A stretch of 64,000 nucleotides of DNA from Pseudomonadota bacterium (GTDB lineage Bacteria; Pseudomonadota; Gammaproteobacteria; Burkholderiales; REEB80): positions 323,371-387,370 of the forward strand of contig JAGXAQ010000001.1 of the NCBI GenBank assembly GCA_018971485.1. Direction: 5' to 3'. This document shows positions 39,868-48,452 of the stretch, in pieces. The position numbers and the translations under genes were made by a program. Numbering within the stretch: the first letter of the stretch is position 1; each line of letters starts with the position of its first letter. Under the pieces are notes generated by a model. The model saw only the letters and a program-made list of their open reading frames with translations, did no database searches and was not told the DNA's origin.

Positions 39868-40728
39868 ATGCAGCGGGCGCTAATTATTGGCTGTGGTGAT
39901 ATAGGTAGGCGTGTTGCATCAAGATTGGCGTCTCGCTATAAACTTTATGCCTTGACGCGTGATCCCCGGCAGTTCAGTGTGCCTCGGGTCATTCCGATAA
40001 AAGGCGATCTGGACCATCGCATCAGCCTTAAGGGTGCAGTAAAAGGTATGGATGTCATCTTTCATTTCGCCCCCCCTCCTTCTAGTGGAAACCTCGATAC
40101 TCGCACCAGGCATCTGGTTTCCGCCTTACTTCAAAACCCGATTTTACCACACCGGATTATCTATATCAGCACAAGTGGCGTGTATGGTAATCGGCAAGGG
40201 GCGTGGCTGGCAGAAACCACTCCTGTTGACCCTCAAACTCCCAGGGCAAAACGCAGGGTCGATGCTGAAAGGGTTTTAAGGCAGCTTTGTACTTACGGGG
40301 TCAAGATCAATGTGTTGAGGACACCGGGAATCTATGCTGATAATCGGCTCCCACTTAAAAGGGTGCGTGAGGGAATACCTGTTCTCCAGCCTGAGGAGGA
40401 TTCCATCTCGAATCATATCCATGCAGAGGATCTGGCCAGGATAATCTGTGCTGCTTCTCGATTGGGTCGGACGGGTCGGATTTATCATGCCACGGACGGC
40501 CATCCTTTGCTTATGGGGAGCTATATTGAGGCTGTGGCTGATGTTTTTGGCCTGGCCAGGCCTCCTAGGATCAGCAGGAAGCAGGCGCAGGTGTTGTTGT
40601 CTGATGAGATTCTTTCTTTTCTGGGTGAGTCAAGAAGCTTAAGCAATCATAGGCTCGATGAGCTTCGCGTGAGACTGGATTATCCGTCTGTCGAGTTTTT
40701 TCTGGAGTGCCTTGGATCCCGTTTATGA
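39868..40728 (+). CDS. NAD(P)-binding Rossmann protein, SDR/epimerase-like
   Basis: N-terminal 'ALIIGCGDIGRRV' is a glycine-rich dinucleotide fold. 286 aa. The specific function is unknown. Confidence 0.65.
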   Translation: MQRALIIGCGDIGRRVASRLASRYKLYALTRDPRQFSVPRVIPIKGDLDHRISLKGAVKGMDVIFHFAPPPSSGNLDTRTRHLVSALLQNPILPHRIIYISTSGVYGNRQGAWLAETTPVDPQTPRAKRRVDAERVLRQLCTYGVKINVLRTPGIYADNRLPLKRVREGIPVLQPEEDSISNHIHAEDLARIICAASRLGRTGRIYHATDGHPLLMGSYIEAVADVFGLARPPRISRKQAQVLLSDEILSFLGESRSLSNHRLDELRVRLDYPSVEFFLECLGSRL

Positions 40729-40780
40729 TGATGCGAAGTGATATAATCAGAGCAGTTAAGATTCATGGATATCATGGCAT

Positions 40781-41095
40781 ATGGTTTGTCTTGTCCTGAC
40801 GCATTTACCTGATGAGGCCGCTGCTTATAGATTGGCCCGAATACTGGTCAGCGACCGGCTTGCTGCATGTGTGCAGGTGGGTGCTCCGGTCCGTTCGGTT
40901 TATCAGTGGCAGGGCCAAATGGAAGAGGCCATTGAAATCCCTCTTATAATTAAGACCCTGCCTGGGCGAATTGATGAGGTCAAACGCACGATTGTTGCAC
41001 ACCATCCTTATGACGTTCCTGAAATCCTGAGTGTTGATGCAGAATCATCACCAGCTTATCTTGAATGGATGCAGTTGGAGCTGGATAATGCGTAA
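40781..41095 (+). CDS. cutA: divalent-cation tolerance protein CutA
   Basis: 104 aa with 'LAACVQ', 'SVYQWQG' and 'HPYDVPEI'. It lies upstream of dsbD, as in E. coli. Confidence 0.9.
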   Translation: MVCLVLTHLPDEAAAYRLARILVSDRLAACVQVGAPVRSVYQWQGQMEEAIEIPLIIKTLPGRIDEVKRTIVAHHPYDVPEILSVDAESSPAYLEWMQLELDNA

Positions 41096-42863
41096 TTATC
41101 TGTTTGCCCTGATTGTTGTCTGTCTATTTTGGCATAATGCTTTTTCAGCCTCCTTTACGCCCGGTTTTTTATTTTCTCCGCTTCATGGGGCTGCCCCTCT
41201 CCTTTCTCCGTCTGAAGCTTTCAAGGTCCGGGCAAGCCGGACGAAGGATACTATCGTTATCCGGCTGTCGCCATCTTCTGGCTATTACCTTTACCAGGAC
41301 CGTTTGCATGTTCGGCTGGATTCGGGGGGAACGGCCCGGATTACAGGAGTGAGCCTGCCTCCGGCCGAGCGTAAGGATGATCCGGCTTTTGGAGTTGTAT
41401 CGATTTACCCTGAACCCTTTGACATGCTGGTTCATCTTTCATCTCCTCCTTCCAGCCAGTCTAAACTTGTTTTAACCTATCAAGGGTGTAGCGAGCGGGG
41501 AATCTGCTACCCCCCTCAGACCAGGGTTTTCCAGGTCGATACGCTAACTTTGGAATCATCGGGACATTCGGGCGGCGGTATTCTGGCTCCGGGAACTTTG
41601 ACCAAGGCATTCTGGAGCCAGAATGTCCTTGAGATTCTGGCTGCTTTTTTTGGATTTGGCTTACTGTTGGCATTTACGCCTTGCATGCTCCCTATGGTGC
41701 CGATTCTTTCTGCGATTATCCTCGGCCAGAAAGAAAGCGTGAAGGCTCCAAGAAAGCTGGTTTTAGGGGCGTCTTATGTGGCAGGCATGGCACTGGTCTA
41801 TGCTTTGGCAGGGGTAGCAGCAGGTCTTTCCGGGGTTTATTTGGCTGATGCGCTTCAGAATCCATGGGTCTTGGCCTTGTTTGGCCTGTTTTTTTTAATG
41901 TTGGCGATGGCCATGTTTGGTTTTTATTCACTGGAGCTTCCCCATGCTGTTCAAAATCGCCTTCATCTCATGACAGGCAACATGAAAGGAGGGAGGGCCT
42001 GGGTAGTCTTTTTCATGGGAGGAGTTTCTGCGGTACTGGTTGGACCCTGTATTGCCCCGCCGTTAGCAGGCGCGTTGCTTTATATCAGTCATGCCCAGAA
42101 TGCCCCGCTAGGCGCAATGGCCCTTTTTTTCATGGCGTTAGGGATGGGGCTGCCGCTAGTAGTGGTTGGTTTGACCGCAGGAACGCTGTTGCCTCGATCC
42201 GGGGTCTGGATGGAAGAAGTGAAACGTTTCTTTGGTATTGTGCTGCTGGGGACGGGATTTTATGTTGTCTCACCCATATTGCCCATATCAGTTTTGATGA
42301 TGGCTTATGCGCTGCTGGCTTTCTTGGCAGCCTGGCTGATTTGGCATGCTACATCAAGTTTCAGGCAGTTTCGCTACGGATTGGCATTGTTGCGTGTGGT
42401 CGCTGGAATTTTTCTGGCTATTGGATTGGCTGAGACGGTAGGTGTATTAAACGGCAGTTCTGATATTTTTTCGCCATTGTCCAGTCAACGGGAAAGCTTG
42501 CCGCACTTTTTGCCGGCAAATACGCTTGCAGCGTTGGATCGCCAGCTGGCCCTGGCACGAGGTCGACCTGTCATGCTGGACTTTTATGCAGACTGGTGTG
42601 TCTCGTGTAAAGAAATGGATCGGTTTGTGTTCTCACGACCACGTGTAAAACAGGCCTTGTCAGGCCTGGTCCTGATCCGGGCCGATGTTACAGTCAATTC
42701 TGCTGATACCCGGCTGCTTATGAAACATTTTGGCCTGTATGGTCCACCAGCCCTACTTTTTTTCGATAAACAGGGTCGCGAGATTCATTTGGATCGGGTT
42801 GTTGGAGCATTATCAGAAGGGCAGTTCTTAACCTTTTTGAATAAGATCCTGCCCGGATATTAG
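41088..42863 (+). CDS. dsbD: thiol:disulfide interchange protein DsbD
   Basis: Signal peptide, N-terminal domain with 'YQGCSERGICYPP', a TM core with 'TPCMLPMVP' and 'GPCIAPPLAG', and a C-terminal thioredoxin 'DFYADWCVSCKEM'. The ATG overlaps the cutA 3' end. Confidence 0.93.
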   Translation: MRNYLFALIVVCLFWHNAFSASFTPGFLFSPLHGAAPLLSPSEAFKVRASRTKDTIVIRLSPSSGYYLYQDRLHVRLDSGGTARITGVSLPPAERKDDPAFGVVSIYPEPFDMLVHLSSPPSSQSKLVLTYQGCSERGICYPPQTRVFQVDTLTLESSGHSGGGILAPGTLTKAFWSQNVLEILAAFFGFGLLLAFTPCMLPMVPILSAIILGQKESVKAPRKLVLGASYVAGMALVYALAGVAAGLSGVYLADALQNPWVLALFGLFFLMLAMAMFGFYSLELPHAVQNRLHLMTGNMKGGRAWVVFFMGGVSAVLVGPCIAPPLAGALLYISHAQNAPLGAMALFFMALGMGLPLVVVGLTAGTLLPRSGVWMEEVKRFFGIVLLGTGFYVVSPILPISVLMMAYALLAFLAAWLIWHATSSFRQFRYGLALLRVVAGIFLAIGLAETVGVLNGSSDIFSPLSSQRESLPHFLPANTLAALDRQLALARGRPVMLDFYADWCVSCKEMDRFVFSRPRVKQALSGLVLIRADVTVNSADTRLLMKHFGLYGPPALLFFDKQGREIHLDRVVGALSEGQFLTFLNKILPGY

Positions 42864-42951
42864 GCTTATCTGGCTTACCATATGTTGTTTTTTCGCCGAA
42901 ATTTGAAGGAAATGCTGGACATATCCGGGTAATTTACGGCACACTTGCCGC

Positions 42952-43392
42952 ATGCGAAAAATCATGGTTATTCATGGGCCCAACCTCAACCTGCTGGGTG
43001 TGAGAGAACCCGAACATTATGGTCATACTTCGTTGGAACGGATCAATCACCAACTGGCAGAGGTAAGCCGTGCCCAAGGCATTGCTCTGGAAACATTCCA
43101 GAGCAATAGTGAAGAGCAGATTGTCGGCTGTATCCAGCGCTTATTTGATAGCCCTGTTGATTTTATCATTATTAATCCGGCAGCATTCACCCATACCAGT
43201 ATTGCAATTCGTGATGCTTTGTCGGCAGTAGGTATTCCCTTTATTGAGGTGCATCTATCCAATGTGTTTGCTCGTGAACCCTTTCGCCATCATTCCTATT
43301 TTACCGATAAAGCGCTCGGTTTGATTTGTGGACTAGGCCCCTATGGGTATGAACTGGCATTGGCTGCGGCACTTCATTATCTTGAGAGCTGA
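42952..43392 (+). CDS. aroQ: 3-dehydroquinate dehydratase, type II
   Basis: '[19 protein letters not shown]', '[16 protein letters not shown]' and 'EVHLSNV'. Confidence 0.95.
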   Translation: MRKIMVIHGPNLNLLGVREPEHYGHTSLERINHQLAEVSRAQGIALETFQSNSEEQIVGCIQRLFDSPVDFIIINPAAFTHTSIAIRDALSAVGIPFIEVHLSNVFAREPFRHHSYFTDKALGLICGLGPYGYELALAAALHYLES

Positions 43393-43394
43393 TT

Positions 43395-43862
43395 ATGGAT
43401 CTACGTAAATTAAAGAAATTGATTGATCTTGTTGATGAGACCGGTATAGCTGAACTAGAGATAACTGAAGGTGAGGAAAAGGTTCGCATTACGCGTTATA
43501 ACTCCGCGCATCCTCCAGCTGTATCCAGTGCCGTGCCGTTTTCTGCGCCGCAATTGACTAGTGCCCCATCTCTGTCAGCTGGCGTTTCAGCTGAGAGCAG
43601 TTCCCCTCCTGCTAAACCGGTAGAAGAAGGACATGTTCTTAAATCACCTATGGTGGGTACTTTTTATCGCTCCTCTTCTCCGGAAACGCGCCCTTTTGTT
43701 GAAATAGGACAGTCGGTTAAGTCGGGAGATACGCTGTGTATCATTGAGGCCATGAAATTATTGAACGAGATTGAGGCCGATCGGGATGGAACAATTAAAG
43801 CGGTTCTGGTCGAGAATGGCCAGCCAGTCGAATACGATGAGCCATTGTTCATCATCAGCTAA
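43395..43862 (+). CDS. accB: acetyl-CoA carboxylase biotin carboxyl carrier protein
   Basis: A Pro/Ala/Ser linker is followed by the biotinyl domain '[15 protein letters not shown]'. Confidence 0.95.
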   Translation: MDLRKLKKLIDLVDETGIAELEITEGEEKVRITRYNSAHPPAVSSAVPFSAPQLTSAPSLSAGVSAESSSPPAKPVEEGHVLKSPMVGTFYRSSSPETRPFVEIGQSVKSGDTLCIIEAMKLLNEIEADRDGTIKAVLVENGQPVEYDEPLFIIS

Positions 43863-43879
43863 TCCGTTGGAAACCTGTC

Positions 43880-45220
43880 ATGTTTGAAAAGATTTTAATA
43901 GCAAATCGTGGTGAAATTGCTTTGCGGATTCAACGGGCCTGCCGTGAGATGGGCATTCGGACAGTTGCCGTTCATTCAACTGCTGATGCCGAGGCTAAGT
44001 ATGTCAAGCTGGCCGATGAATCTGTATGTATTGGTCCGGCTCCTTCTGCATTAAGCTACCTTAACATTCCAGCTGTTATTAGTGCGGCTGAGGTGACTGA
44101 TGCCGAAGCGGTTCATCCCGGGTATGGTTTTTTGTCCGAGAATGCCGATTTTGCAGAACGTGTTGAGCAAAGCGGGTTTGTTTTTATTGGGCCTCGCCCT
44201 GATACCATTCGTTTGATGGGAGATAAGGTTTCAGCAAAGGAGGCGATGCGGAAAACCGGGGTGCCCTGTGTACCCGGGTCAGAGGGTGCCTTAGGGGAGG
44301 ATCCCGCTGAAAATCTTAGAATTGCAAGAAGTATCGGTTACCCCGTCATTATCAAGGCTGCAGCTGGAGGAGGAGGTCGTGGCATGCGTATCGTGCATAC
44401 TGAGTCGACTCTTCTGGGTGCCATTTCCCTGACCAGAAGTGAAGCCAATGCGGCATTTGGCAGTAGCCAGGTGTATATGGAAAAATTCCTTGAGCATCCA
44501 CGGCATATTGAGATTCAGGTCATGGCGGATACGCATGGAAATGCGGTTTTTCTGGGCGAGCGGGACTGTTCCATGCAACGCCGGCATCAGAAGGTGATTG
44601 AAGAGGCGCCTGCTCCAGGGCTGCCTGTCAAGCTAAGAGATAAGATAGGTGAGCGTTGTGCCGCAGCTTGCCGAAAAATCGGTTACCGCGGGGCGGGCAC
44701 TTTTGAATTCCTGTATGAAAACAATGAATTTTATTTTATTGAGATGAATACCAGGGTTCAGGTTGAACATCCTGTAAGTGAAATGATAACAGGGATTGAC
44801 ATTGTTCATGAGCAGATTCGTGTCGCAGCAGGCGAAAGGCTGGGTTATTCCCAAAAGCAGATCCAGTTTCGGGGCCATGCCATTGAATGCCGCATTAATG
44901 CCGAGGATCCATATACGTTCATGCCTTCACCAGGGCGGATTACCCAGTATCATACACCGGGTGGGCCAGGGATAAGGGTAGACTCCCATGTCTACCAGAA
45001 CTACCTGGTTCCGCCTAATTATGATTCCATGGTGGGGAAGTTAATCAGTTATGGCAATACACGAGAACAGGCGATAGCCCGTATGCGTACCGCATTGTCT
45101 GAAATGGTGATTGAGGGAATCCGTACCAATATCCCGCTTCATCAGGAATTGATGAATGATCCGAACTTTATCTTTGGTGGAACGGGCATTCATTATCTGG
45201 AAGAAAAATTGAAACGATAG
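43880..45220 (+). CDS. accC: acetyl-CoA carboxylase biotin carboxylase subunit
   Basis: '[14 protein letters not shown]', '[18 protein letters not shown]' and '[14 protein letters not shown]'. Confidence 0.97.
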   Translation: MFEKILIANRGEIALRIQRACREMGIRTVAVHSTADAEAKYVKLADESVCIGPAPSALSYLNIPAVISAAEVTDAEAVHPGYGFLSENADFAERVEQSGFVFIGPRPDTIRLMGDKVSAKEAMRKTGVPCVPGSEGALGEDPAENLRIARSIGYPVIIKAAAGGGGRGMRIVHTESTLLGAISLTRSEANAAFGSSQVYMEKFLEHPRHIEIQVMADTHGNAVFLGERDCSMQRRHQKVIEEAPAPGLPVKLRDKIGERCAAACRKIGYRGAGTFEFLYENNEFYFIEMNTRVQVEHPVSEMITGIDIVHEQIRVAAGERLGYSQKQIQFRGHAIECRINAEDPYTFMPSPGRITQYHTPGGPGIRVDSHVYQNYLVPPNYDSMVGKLISYGNTREQAIARMRTALSEMVIEGIRTNIPLHQELMNDPNFIFGGTGIHYLEEKLKR

Positions 45221-45236
45221 GTTCAGTCAGGGTGTG

Positions 45237-46121
45237 ATGGGATATCAATCAGTCATCATCCGTATAACAGGTGAGCATGCTGAGGTCATGAGTGATGCCT
45301 TGCTGGAGTCAGGGGCATTGAGTGTCGAGATAGAAGATGCGCATGCTGGAACCCAAAAGGACGAGGCAATTTTTGCAGAGCCTGGAATGCTGTTTCAGAT
45401 CTGGGCAGCGAGCAAACTGAATGTCCTGTTTCCTGAGTCAGCAGATATACCCGCAATCCTGGCTTCAGTTACAGCCCTGTTGCAACTGCCACAGCCTTTA
45501 GTCTATGAGCAGATGTATCTGGAAGAAGAGGACTGGGTTGCAAAAACTCAGGCCTTGTCCGGGCCAGTTAAAATTGGTCGTATCTGGATTGTTCCTAGCT
45601 GGTCTCCGTTGCCCTCTTCAGAAGGGCCCTTGATTCACCTGGATCCTGGTATGGCTTTTGGGAGTGGCGCCCACCCTACTACACGGTTATGCATTTCCTG
45701 GATTGATGAACATCTGGTTCAGGGTGAAAGCGTTCTGGACTATGGCTGCGGGTCAGGAATTCTGGCCATTGTTGCTGCCAGGTCCGGAGCAGGCCGGGTT
45801 GTAGGCGTGGATGTGGATCCCATGGCTATTTCAGCTTCCAGGCAGAATGCGGATTTGAACAAGGTGAAGGTCGAGTTTGTCCGGCCAGATGCGTCGCTTG
45901 CTCCGTTTGATCTGCTGGTAGCCAATATTCTCGCAAATCCCCTGATTCAGTTAAAATCTTGTTTTACCAGCCTTGTGGCGCCTTCTGGAAGAATTGTACT
46001 GTCTGGCCTCTTAAGGAATCAAGCCAGCAAGTTAATTACTTCTTACGCGCCGGAGTTTGACCTGGACATTGCAGGGGAAGAAGAAGGCTGGGTGTTGCTT
46101 GAAGGACCTAGGACGAGATGA
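45237..46121 (+). CDS. prmA: ribosomal protein L11 methyltransferase
   Basis: 'DPGMAFGSGAHPTT', 'VLDYGCGSGILAI' and 'ANILANPL'. It lies downstream of accBC. ATG 45237 is preferred; GTG 45234 is also possible. Confidence 0.9.
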   Translation: MGYQSVIIRITGEHAEVMSDALLESGALSVEIEDAHAGTQKDEAIFAEPGMLFQIWAASKLNVLFPESADIPAILASVTALLQLPQPLVYEQMYLEEEDWVAKTQALSGPVKIGRIWIVPSWSPLPSSEGPLIHLDPGMAFGSGAHPTTRLCISWIDEHLVQGESVLDYGCGSGILAIVAARSGAGRVVGVDVDPMAISASRQNADLNKVKVEFVRPDASLAPFDLLVANILANPLIQLKSCFTSLVAPSGRIVLSGLLRNQASKLITSYAPEFDLDIAGEEEGWVLLEGPRTR

Positions 46122-46900
46122 CCCATCATGTGATTTGCCCCGGGTGTGCCACGGTTTTTCGGGTCACGCCTTCCCAGATGAGTATGCGGGATGGCCAGCT
46201 CAGGTGTGGCCGCTGTCAGACAGTATTTAATGGCTGGCATCACCTGGAAGGGCCTGTTTCCGAGCCTGGGCAAGATGAGGCCTCGCCTGAAATTGTGCAG
46301 AACCAGTTCATCCGGTCTACAAGGAATAATGATGAACAAGGTGAAAGGCTACAGCGGGATTCGCCTTCAAGTGGAGATCCGCTTCCAGAGATACTGCGCC
46401 CACGTCAACCGTTGGGATATTTGAGGGGTTTTTGGTTATTGATTGTTTTTATTGCATTGGCTGCCTTGGTTATACAGGGAGCCTTGTTCTGGCGTGAGCA
46501 GCTTGTGGCCCGCTTCCCGGTAATCAGGCCCGTACTGGCCAACCTGTGCACACTAGATGGCGTTCGGCTGGAATTGCCTCACGTTGCATCCTTGATTAGT
46601 CTTGATTCAAGTGAACTAAGGACAGATGCTGAACCAGGAATCTATACGCTGGACGCAAGTGTAGTGAATCATGCCTCATTTACCCAGCAATATCCCTTGA
46701 TGCAGTTAAGCCTGACGGATGTCCATAACACAGTAATCGCCCGTCGTGTGTTTTCTCCTGCCGTGTATCTGGGGCCTAAAGGGCAACCTGAAACAGGGAT
46801 ACCACCTCATTCCGAGGTGGATATACAGCTTCCGCTTAAAGTATCAGGGCCAGATGCAAACGGTTATCATGTCTATATTTTTTATCCCTTAAGGCCCTAA
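46118..46900 (+). CDS. zinc-ribbon (MJ0042-type) + DUF3426 membrane protein
   Basis: The N-terminal zinc ribbon is 'CPGCATVFRV...LRCGRCQTVF'. It has a single TM helix and a C-terminal DUF3426-like domain. This is the conserved partner downstream of prmA. Confidence 0.7.
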   Translation: MTHHVICPGCATVFRVTPSQMSMRDGQLRCGRCQTVFNGWHHLEGPVSEPGQDEASPEIVQNQFIRSTRNNDEQGERLQRDSPSSGDPLPEILRPRQPLGYLRGFWLLIVFIALAALVIQGALFWREQLVARFPVIRPVLANLCTLDGVRLELPHVASLISLDSSELRTDAEPGIYTLDASVVNHASFTQQYPLMQLSLTDVHNTVIARRVFSPAVYLGPKGQPETGIPPHSEVDIQLPLKVSGPDANGYHVYIFYPLRP

Positions 46901-47349
46901 ATCCGCTGTTATAGGCGCTCTGACCTGGTCCTGGTGTAAAAACTGAAAGGTCTGGCGTCAATAAAATCCGGGCGGCTTGATGAGCGGGCCTAAATAAATC
47001 TTGACTCAACAGGCCAGGTATCGGATGCTAATTCTAAACGGACCAATTGATTTAATCTAATGTGCTTTTAATACAACATGATGGTTTAATTCATCTTTTT
47101 ATATTTATCCGCCATATTAATCCTGAAGTAGAGATGAGAAAAAACGGGATAGGGTTGCTGTAGCGGATCGGGGCAGGATTATTTCAGTATGACCCGATCG
47201 GTTATTCACAGACGGGTATGGATAAAATACAGATGCAATGCTTATTGGGTGGGTTCTTAAAGAATGCAGGAAAGGTGACTGGGACGGTGTTTCTTCCTGT
47301 GGGATAAGTCAGTTAGGGGTCTAGGCAAGAAGAGGAAGAAGGGCAGAAC

Positions 47350-48450
47350 ATGAGTATTGATCCGTACCAGGCCTTGAAAGCCCTTTTATATGAAACGGCT
47401 CCGTTGACGGGAGAAACTTTTTTTCGTGCCGCTGCCTTGCATCTGTCCCGCATCCTAAGGGCTGATTTTGTTTTTGTGGCCCGTTTAAGACAGGCCGATA
47501 GCGATGAAGTCGAGGTTATTGCCTCCTGCAAGGAAGGGCAGGACATGGGGGCCTGGTCTTTTCGTTTGCCAGGAACACCCTGTTCATTGATTTATGCCCG
47601 TAATATATACGATGAGTGGGATAAGGTTCAGGCCGGTCAGATGGTTTGTGTGAATGAGCTGGTTTACCGTCGTTTTGAGGCAACCCGTGATACAAGGTAT
47701 GAAGTATTTGTTGGTGCGCCCTTACGCGATTCCAAGAAAAACCTGATCGGTCATTTAGCCTTGTTTTTTGAGCAACGGTGGTTAAGCGATGCGCATCGCC
47801 GGCATATTGTTGAACTGGTTGAACTGTTTTCTTACCGGGTGGAGGTGGAGTTGAACCGGATGGTTCTGGAGTCTGAAAGACTGCAGGCATTAGCTGATCT
47901 TGAAGCTGCCAACAAACGCCTGCTTCAGGAAACCATTACAGATCCGCTGACCCAGCTCTACAATCGACGCCATTTTTCACAACGGATGCAAGAGGCATTT
48001 AATCGTTACAGGCGTAATCGATCCGGGTACGCCTTGATTTTAATTGACGTAGATTATTTTAAGTCGATTAACGACGAATATGGTCATGAGCAAGGCGATA
48101 TGGCTCTTCAGCACGTTGCAGCCATACTTCGATCCAATAGCCGGACGGATATTGAACTTGTCTTCAGGGTTGGAGGAGAAGAATTCGCAATTCTTTGCCA
48201 GGGTAGCCTGTCTTTGATGATAGTACAGAAGCTGGGTGCTCGCATTAGCCAGGCTTTCCGTTCCAGCAAGATACCAGGTCTGCCGGATAAAGTGCTGACA
48301 GTCAGTATGGGGGCTGCGTTCCCCGCCAGACAGGATTCGTCGTGGCATGCCGTTTACAACCGGGCTGATTCGGCATTATATGAGGCAAAAAATTCGGGCA
48401 GGGATCAGTTGGTGATAGATGGAGGGGCATTGGCTGCAGAAGGAGAGTAA
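47350..48450 (+). CDS. GAF-domain diguanylate cyclase (GGDEF with intact GGEEF)
   Basis: N-terminal GAF-like region and a coiled coil. The GGDEF domain has 'DPLTQLYNRRHF', 'DVDYFKSINDEYGHEQGD', 'RVGGEEFAIL' and 'ALYEAKNSGRD'. Confidence 0.88.
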   Translation: MSIDPYQALKALLYETAPLTGETFFRAAALHLSRILRADFVFVARLRQADSDEVEVIASCKEGQDMGAWSFRLPGTPCSLIYARNIYDEWDKVQAGQMVCVNELVYRRFEATRDTRYEVFVGAPLRDSKKNLIGHLALFFEQRWLSDAHRRHIVELVELFSYRVEVELNRMVLESERLQALADLEAANKRLLQETITDPLTQLYNRRHFSQRMQEAFNRYRRNRSGYALILIDVDYFKSINDEYGHEQGDMALQHVAAILRSNSRTDIELVFRVGGEEFAILCQGSLSLMIVQKLGARISQAFRSSKIPGLPDKVLTVSMGAAFPARQDSSWHAVYNRADSALYEAKNSGRDQLVIDGGALAAEGE

Positions 48451-48452
48451 GC

